NCBI GenBank assembly: GCA_964016885.1
Contig: OZ024742.1
Span: 369,892,001-369,956,000 of the forward strand
DNA: 64,000 nucleotides
Direction: 5' to 3'
Source of the DNA: Eledone cirrhosa
Taxonomy: Eukaryota
The notes beneath the pieces are model-generated. The model worked only from the letters and a program-made list of their open reading frames with translations, was not told the origin of the DNA and made no database searches. Made by a program: the position numbers and the translations under genes. This document shows, piece after piece, positions 56,001-64,000 of this stretch (position 1 is the stretch's first letter; every line of letters begins with the position of its first letter).

Positions 56001-59000
56001 ACAGGTCAAGACATCCACTGTACAACATCTTATTGTCTATGTTGACATGTGTTAGACAGATCCTGTCTCACAATAGACAGGTCAAGACATCCACTGTACA
56101 ACATCTTATTGTCTAGGTTGACATGGGTTAGACAGATCCAGTCAAACAATAGATAGGTCAAGACATCCACTGTACAACATCTTATTGTCTAGGTTGACAT
56201 GGGTTAGACAGATCGAGTCTCACAATAGATAGGTCAAGACATCCACTGTACAACATCTTATTGTCTAGGTTGGCATGGGTTAGACAGATCCAGTCTCACA
56301 ATAGATAGGTCAAGACATCCACTATACAACATCTTATTGTCTAGGTTGACATGGGTTAGACAGATCCTGTCTCACAATAGACAGGTCAAGACATCCACTG
56401 TACAACATCTTATTGTCTATGTTGACATGGGTTAGACAGATCCTGTCTCACAATAGACATGTCAAGACATCCACTGTACAACATCTTATTGTCTAGGTTG
56501 ACATGGGTTAGACAGATCCTGTCCCACAATAGACAGGTCAAGACATCCACTGTACAACATCTTATTGTCTGGGTTGACATGGGTTAGACAGATCCTGTCT
56601 CACAATAGACAGGTCAAGACATCCACTGTACATCTTATTGTCTATGTTGACATGGGTTAGACAGATCCTGTCTCACAATAGACAGGTCAAGACATCCACT
56701 GTACAACATCTTATTGTCTAGGTTGACATGGGTTAGACAGATCCTGTCTCACAATAGACAGGTCAAGTCATCCACTGTACAACATCTTATTGTCTAGGTT
56801 GACATGGGTTAGACAGATCCAGTCTCACAATAGATAGGTCAAGACATCCACTGTGCAACATCTTATAGTCTAGGTTGACATGGGTTAGACAGATCCAGGC
56901 TCACAATAGATAGGTCAAGACATCCACTGTACATCTCATTGTCTAGGTTGGCATGGGTTAGACAGATCCTGTCTCACAATAGACAGGTCAAGACATCCAC
57001 TGTACAACATCTTATTGTCTAGGTTGACATGGGTTAGACAGATCCTGTCTCAAAATAGACAGGTCAAGACATCCACTGTACAACATCTTATTGTCTAAGT
57101 TGGCATGGGTTAGACAGATCCTGTCTCACAATAGACAGGTCAAGACATCCACTGTACAACATCTTATTGTCTAAGTTGGCATGGGTTAGACAGATCCTGT
57201 CTCACAATAGACAGGTTAAGACATCCACTGTACAACATCTTATTGTCTAAGTTGGCATGGGTTAGACAGATCCTGACTCACAATAGATAGGACAAGACAT
57301 CCACTGTACAACATCTTATTGTCTAAGTTGACATTGGTTAGACAGACCTTGTCTCACAATAGACAGGTCAAGACATCCACTGTACAACATCTTATTGTCT
57401 GGGTCGACATGGGTTAGACAAATCCTGTCTCACAATGGACAGGTCAAGACATCCACTGTACAACATCTTATTGTCTGGGTTGACATGGGTTAGACAGATC
57501 CTGTCTCACAATAGACAGGTCAAGACATCCACTGTACAACATCTTATTGTCTAGGTTGACATGGGTTAGACAGATCCAGTCTCACAATAGATAGGTCAAG
57601 ACATCCACTGTACAACATCTTATTGTCTAGGTTGACATGGGTTAGACAGATCCTGTCTCACAATAGACAGGTCAAGTCATCCACTGTACAACATCTTATT
57701 GTCTAGGTTGACATGGGTTAGACAGATCCATTCTCACAATAGATAGGTCAAGACATCCACTGTACAACATCTCATTGTGTAGGTTGACATGGGTTAGACA
57801 GATCCAGTCTCACAATAGATAGGTCAAGACATCCACTGTAAAACATCTTATTGTCTAGGTTGGCATGGGTTAGACAGATCCAGTCTCACAATAGATAGGT
57901 CAAGACATCCACTATACAACATCTTATTGTCTAGGTTGACATGGGTTAGACAGATCCTGTCTCACAATAGACAGGTCAAGACATCCACTGTACAACATCT
58001 TATTGTCTATGTTGACATGGGTTAGACAGATCCTGTCTCACAATAGACAGGTCAAGACATCCACTGTACAACATCTTATTGTCTATGTTGACATGTGTTA
58101 GACAGATCCTGTCTCACAATAGACAGGTCAAGACATCCACTGTACAACATCTTATTGTCTAGGTTGACATGGGTTAGACAGATCCAGTCAAACAATAGAT
58201 AGGTCAAGACATCCACTGTACAACATCTTATTGTCTAGGTTGACATGGGTTAGACAGATCGAGTCTCACAATAGATAGGTCAAGACATCCACTGTACAAC
58301 ATCTTATTGTCTAGGTTGGCATGGGTTAGACAGATCCAGTCTCACAATAGATAGGTCAAGACATCCACTATACAACATCTTATTGTCTAGGTTGACATGG
58401 GTTAGACAGATCCTGTCTCACAATAGACAGGTCAAGACATCCACTGTACAACATCTTATTGTCTATGTTGACATGGGTTAGACAGATCCTGTCTCACAAT
58501 AGACATGTCAAGACATCTACTGTACAACATCTTATTGTCTAGGTTGACATGGGTTAGACAGATCCTGTCCCACAATAGACAGGTCAAGACATCCACTGTA
58601 CAACATCTTATTGTCTGGGTTGACATGGGTTAGACAGATCCTGTCTCACAATAGACAGGTCAAGACATCCACTGTACATCTTATTGTCTATGTTGACATG
58701 GGTTAGACAGATCCTGTCTCACAATAGACAGGTCAAGACATCCACTGTACAACATCTTATTGTCTAGGTTGACATGGGTTAGACAGATCCTGTCTCACAA
58801 TAGACAGGTCAAGTCATCCACTGTACAACATCTTATTGTCTAGGTTGACATGGGTTAGACAGATCCAGTCTCACAATAGATAGGTCAAGACATCCACTGT
58901 GCAACATCTTATAGTCTAGGTTGACATGGGTTAGACAGATCCAGGCTCACAATAGATAGGTCAAGACATCCACTGTACATCTTATTGTCTAGGTTGGCAT

Positions 59001-62000
59001 GGGTTAGACAGATCCTGTCTCACAATAGACAGGTCAAGACATCCACTGTACAACATCTTATTGTCTAGGTTGACATGGGTTAGACAGATCCTGTCTCAAA
59101 ATAGACAGGTCAAGACATCCACTGTACAACATCTTATTGTCTAAGTTGGCATGGGTTAGACAGATCCTGTCTCACAATAGACAGGTCAAGACATTCACTG
59201 TACAACATCTTATTGTCTAGGTTGACATGGGTTAGACACATCCTGTCTCACAATAGACAGGTCAAGACATCCACTGTACAACATCTTATTGTCTAGGTTG
59301 ACATGGGTTAGACAGATCCAGTCTCACAATAGATAGGTCAAGACATCCACTGTACAACATCTTATTGTCTAGGTTGACATGGGTTAGACACATCCTGTCT
59401 CACAATAGACAGGTCAAGACATCCACTGTACAACATCTTATTGTCTAAGTTGGCATGGGTTAGACAGAACCTGACTCACAATAGATAGGTCAAGACATCT
59501 ACTGTACAACATCTTATTGTCTAAGTTGACATTGGTTAGACAGACCTTGTCTCACAATAGACAGGTCAAGACATCCACTGTACAACATCTTATTGTCTGG
59601 GTTGACATGGGTTAGACAGATCCTGTCTCACAATAGACAGGTCAAGACATCCACTGTACAACATCTTATTGTCTGGGTTGACATGGGTTAGACAGATCCT
59701 GTCTCACAATAGACAGGTCAAGACATCCACTGTACAACATCTTATTGTCTAGGTTGACATGGGTTAGACAGATCCTGTCTCACAATAGACAGGTCAAGTC
59801 ATCCACTGTACAACATCTTATTGTCTAGGTTGACATGGGTTAGACAGATCCAGTCTCACAATAGATAGCTCAAGACATCCACTGTACAACATCTTATTGT
59901 CTATGTTGACATGGGTTAGACAGATCCTGTCTCACAATAGACAGGTCAAGACATCCACTGTACAACATCTTATTGTCTAGGTTGACATGGGTTAGACAGA
60001 TCCAGTCTCACAATAGATAGGTCAAGACATCCACTGTACAACATCTTATTGTCTAGGTTGACATGGGTTAGACAGATCGAGTCTCACAATAGATAGGTCA
60101 AGACATCCACTGTACATCTTATTGTCTAGGGTGACAAGGGTTAGACAGATCCAGTCTCACAACAGATAGGTCAAGACATCCACTGTACATCTTATTGTCT
60201 AGGTTGACATGGTTTAGACAGATCCTGTCTCACAATAGACAGGTCAAGATATCCACTGTACATCTTATTGTCTATGTTGACATGGGTTAGACAGATCCAG
60301 GCTCACAATAGATAGGTCAAGACATCCACTGTACATCTTATTGTCTAGGTTGGCATGGGTTAGACAGATCCTGTCTCACAATAGACAGGTCAAGACATCC
60401 ACTGTAAAACATCTTATTGTCTAGGTTGACATGGGTTAGACAGATCCTGTCTCAAAATAGACAGGTCAAGACATCCACTGTACAACATCTTATTGTCTAA
60501 GTTGGCATGGGTTAGACAGATCCTGTCTCACAATAGACAGGTCAAGACATTTACTGTACAACATCTTATTGTCTAGGTTGACATGGGTTAGACAGATCCA
60601 GTCTCACAATAGATAGGTCAAGACATCCACTGTACAACATCTTATTGTCTAGGTTGACATGGGTTAGATAGATCCAGTCTCACAATAGATAGGTCAAGAC
60701 ATCCACTGTACAACATCTTATTGTCTAGGTTGGCATGGGTTAGACAGATAGTCTCACAATAGATAGGTCAAGACATCCACTATACAACATCTTATTGTCT
60801 AGGTTGACATGGGTTAGACAGATCCTGTCTCACAATAGACAGGTCAAGACATCCACTGTACAACATCTTATTGTCTAAGTTGGCATGGGTTAGACAGATC
60901 CAGTCTCACAATAGATAGGTCAAGACATCCACTGTACAACATCTTATTGTCTAGGTTGGCATGGGTTAGACAGATAGTCTCACAATAGATAGGTCAAGAC
61001 ATCCACTATACAACATCTTATTGTCTAGGTTGACATGGGTTAGACAGATCCTGTCTCACAATAGACAGGTCAAGACATCCACTGTACAACATCTTATTGT
61101 CTAAGTTGGCATGGGTTAGACAGAACCTGACTCACAATAGATAGGTCAAGACATCTACTGTACAACATCTTATTGTCTAAGTTGACATTGGTTAGACAGA
61201 CCTTGTCTCACAATAGACAGGTCAAGTCATCCACTGTACAACATCTTATTGTCTAGGTTGACATGGGTTAGACAGATCCTGTCTCACAATAGACAGGTCA
61301 AGACATCCACTGTACAACATCTTATTGTCTGGGTTGACATGGGTTAGACAGATCCTGTCTCACAATAGACAGGTCAAGACATCCACTGTACAACATCTTA
61401 TTGTCTAGGTTGACATGGGTTAGACAGATCCAGTCTCACAATAGATAGGTCAAGACATCCGCTGTACAACATCTTATTGTCTAGGTTGACATGGGTTAGA
61501 CAGATCCTGTCTCACAATAGACAGGTCAAGTCATCCACTGTACAACATCTTATTGTCTAGGTTGACATGGGTTAGACAGATCCTGTCTCACAATAGACAG
61601 GTCAAGACATCCACTGTACATCTTATTGTCTAGGTTGACATGGGTTAGACAGATCCTGTCTCACAATAGACAGGTTAAGACATCCACTGTACAACATCTT
61701 ATTGTCTAAGTTGGCATGGGTTAGACAGATCCTGACTCACAATAGATAGGACAAGACATCCACTGTACAACATCTTATTGTCTAAGTTGACATTGGTTAG
61801 ACAGACCTTGTCTCACAATAGACAGGTCAAGACATCCACTGTACAACATCTTATTGTCTGGGTCGACATGGGTTAGACAAATCCTGTCTCACAATGGACA
61901 GGTCAAGACATCCACTGTACAACATCTTATTGTCTGGGTTGACATGGGTTAGACAGATCCTGTCTCACAATAGACAGGTCAAGACATCCACTGTACAACA

Positions 62001-64000
62001 TCTTATTGTCTAGGTTGACATGGGTTAGACAGATCCAGTCTCACAATAGATAGGTCAAGACATCCACTGTACAACATCTTATTGTCTAGGTTGACATGGG
62101 TTAGACAGATCCTGTCTCACAATAGACAGGTCAAGTCATCCACTGTACAACATCTTATTGTCTAGGTTGACATGGGTTAGACAGATCCATTCTCACAATA
62201 GATAGGTCAAGACATCCACTGTACAACATCTCATTGTGTAGGTTGACATGGGTTAGACAGATCCAGTCTCACAATAGATAGGTCAAGACATCCACTGTAA
62301 AACATCTTATTGTCTAGGTTGGCATGGGTTAGACAGATCCAGTCTCACAATAGATAGGTCAAGACATCCACTATACAACATCTTATTGTCTAGGTTGACA
62401 TGGGTTAGACAGATCCTGTCTCACAATAGACAGGTCAAGACATCCACTGTACAACATCTTATTGTCTATGTTGACATGGGTTAGACAGATCCTGTCTCAC
62501 AATAGACAGGTCAAGACATCCACTGTACAACATCTTATTGTCTATGTTGACATGTGTTAGACAGATCCTGTCTCACAATAGACAGGTCAAGACATCCACT
62601 GTACAACATCTTATTGTCTAGGTTGACATGGGTTAGACAGATCCAGTCTCACAATAGATAGGTCAAGACATCCACTGTACAACATCTTATTGTCTAGGTT
62701 GACATGGGTTAGACAGATCGAGTCTCACAATAGATATGTCAAGACATCCACTGTACAACATCTTATTGTCTAGGTTGGCATGGGTTAGACAGATCCAGTC
62801 TCACAATAGATAGGTCAAGACATCCACTATACAACATCTTATTGTCTAGGTTGACATGGGTTAGACAGATCCTGTCTCACAATAGACAGGTCAAGACATC
62901 CACTGTACAACATCTTATTGTCTATGTTGACATGGGTTAGACAGATCCTGTCTCACAATAGACATGTCAAGACATCCACTGTACAACATCTTATTGTCTA
63001 GGTTGACATGGGTTAGACAGATCCTGTCCCACAATAGACAGGTCAAGACATCCACTGTTCAACATCTTATTGTCTGGGTTGACATGGGTTAGACAGATCC
63101 TGTCTCACAATAGACAGGTCAAGACATCCACTGTACATCTTATTGTCTATGTTGACATGGGTTAGACAGATCCTGTCTCACAATAGACAGGTCAAGACAT
63201 CCACTGTACAACATCTTATTGTCTAGGTTGACATGGGTTAGACAGATCCTGTCTCACAATAGACAGGTCAAGTCATCCACTGTACAACATCTTATTGTCT
63301 AGGTTGACATGGGTTAGACAGATCCAGTCTCACAATAGATAGGTCAAGACATCCACTGTGCAACATCTTATAGTCTAGGTTGACATGGGTTAGACAGATC
63401 CAGGCTCACAATAGATAGGTCAAGACATCCACTGTACATCTTATTGTCTAGGTTGGCATGGGTTAGACAGATCCTGTCTCACAATAGACAGGTCAAGACA
63501 TCCACTGTACAACATCTTATTGTCTAGGTTGACATGGGTTAGACAGATCCTGTCTCAAAATAGACAGGTCAAGACATCCACTGTACAACATCTTATTGTC
63601 TAAGTTGGCATGGGTTAGACAGATCCTGTCTCACAATAGACAGGTCTAGACATTCACTGTACAACATCTTATTGTCTAGGTTGACATGGGTTAGACACAT
63701 CCTGTCTCACAATAGACAGGTCAAGACATCCACTGTACAACATCTTATTGTCTAGGTTGACATGGGTTAGACAGATCCAGTCTCACAATAGATAGGTCAA
63801 GACATCCACTGTACAACATTTTATTGTCTAGGTTGACATGGGTTAGACAGATCCAGTCTCACAATAGATAGGTCAAGACATCCACTGTACAACATCTTAT
63901 TGTCTATGTTGGCATGGGTTAGACAGATAGTCTCACAATAGATAGGTCAAGACATCCACTATACAACATCTTATTGTCTAGGTTGACATGGGTTAGACAG
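53100..64000. repeat. Imperfect higher-order repeat of about 1.9-2.1 kb (25-28 monomers)
   Basis: GTCGACATGGGTTAGACAAATCC occurs at 53387, 55281, 57403 and 61862. CAGTCAAACAAT occurs near 54096, 56141 and 58187. TGTGCAAC...CCAGGCTC occurs near 54806, 56852, 58898 and 63357. A different block interrupts the series at about 59.2-61.6 kb. Confidence 0.78.

Larger units (their letters stand above)
1..64000. repeat. Tandem satellite array, 76-bp monomer (73-bp variant common), about 850 copies, all in one orientation, truncated by both window ends
   Basis: TGACA at position 1 recurs at 77 (period 76), and the same unit continues to the last base. Most copies differ from consensus by 0-3 substitutions. 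The 73-bp form reads CTGTACATCTT instead of CTGTACAACATCTT. Copy number is estimated from 64000 divided by about 75. Confidence 0.99.

Noticed and set aside
1-64000. CRISPR array (period of 73-76 bp with a hairpin)
   Set aside because: The entire unit is repeated. There are no unique spacers, no leader and no cas genes.
1-64000. Repetitive protein-coding ORF
   Set aside because: 76 and 73 are not multiples of 3. The plus strand has stops in all three frames in each monomer. The minus strand has one frame open for about one monomer (LDNKMLYSGCLDLSIVRQDLSNPCQ), which hits TAA early in the next unit.

Overview
The whole 64-kb window is one uninterrupted head-to-tail tandem array (satellite or very large minisatellite) of roughly 850 copies of a 76-bp monomer. 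Consensus: GTTGACATGGGTTAGACAGATCCTGTCTCACAATAGA(C/T)AGGTCAAGACATCCACTGTACAACATCTTATTGTCTAG, about 42% GC. A common 73-bp variant lacks one ACA. The array runs off both ends. I saw no inversion, insertion, unique sequence, gene, RNA gene or CRISPR spacer. I do not recognise the repeat family or the organism; a eukaryotic origin is an inference from the array type. The informative signal is in the order of variant monomers: a near-perfect tandem 8,205-bp duplication, a 7,489-bp-offset duplication, looser periods of about 4 kb and 2 kb, small local expansions, and zones carrying different variant sets. The monomer also has internal hairpin symmetry and a 10-11 bp sub-periodicity. I found no evidence for a new gene-based system; the findings concern satellite structure and evolution.
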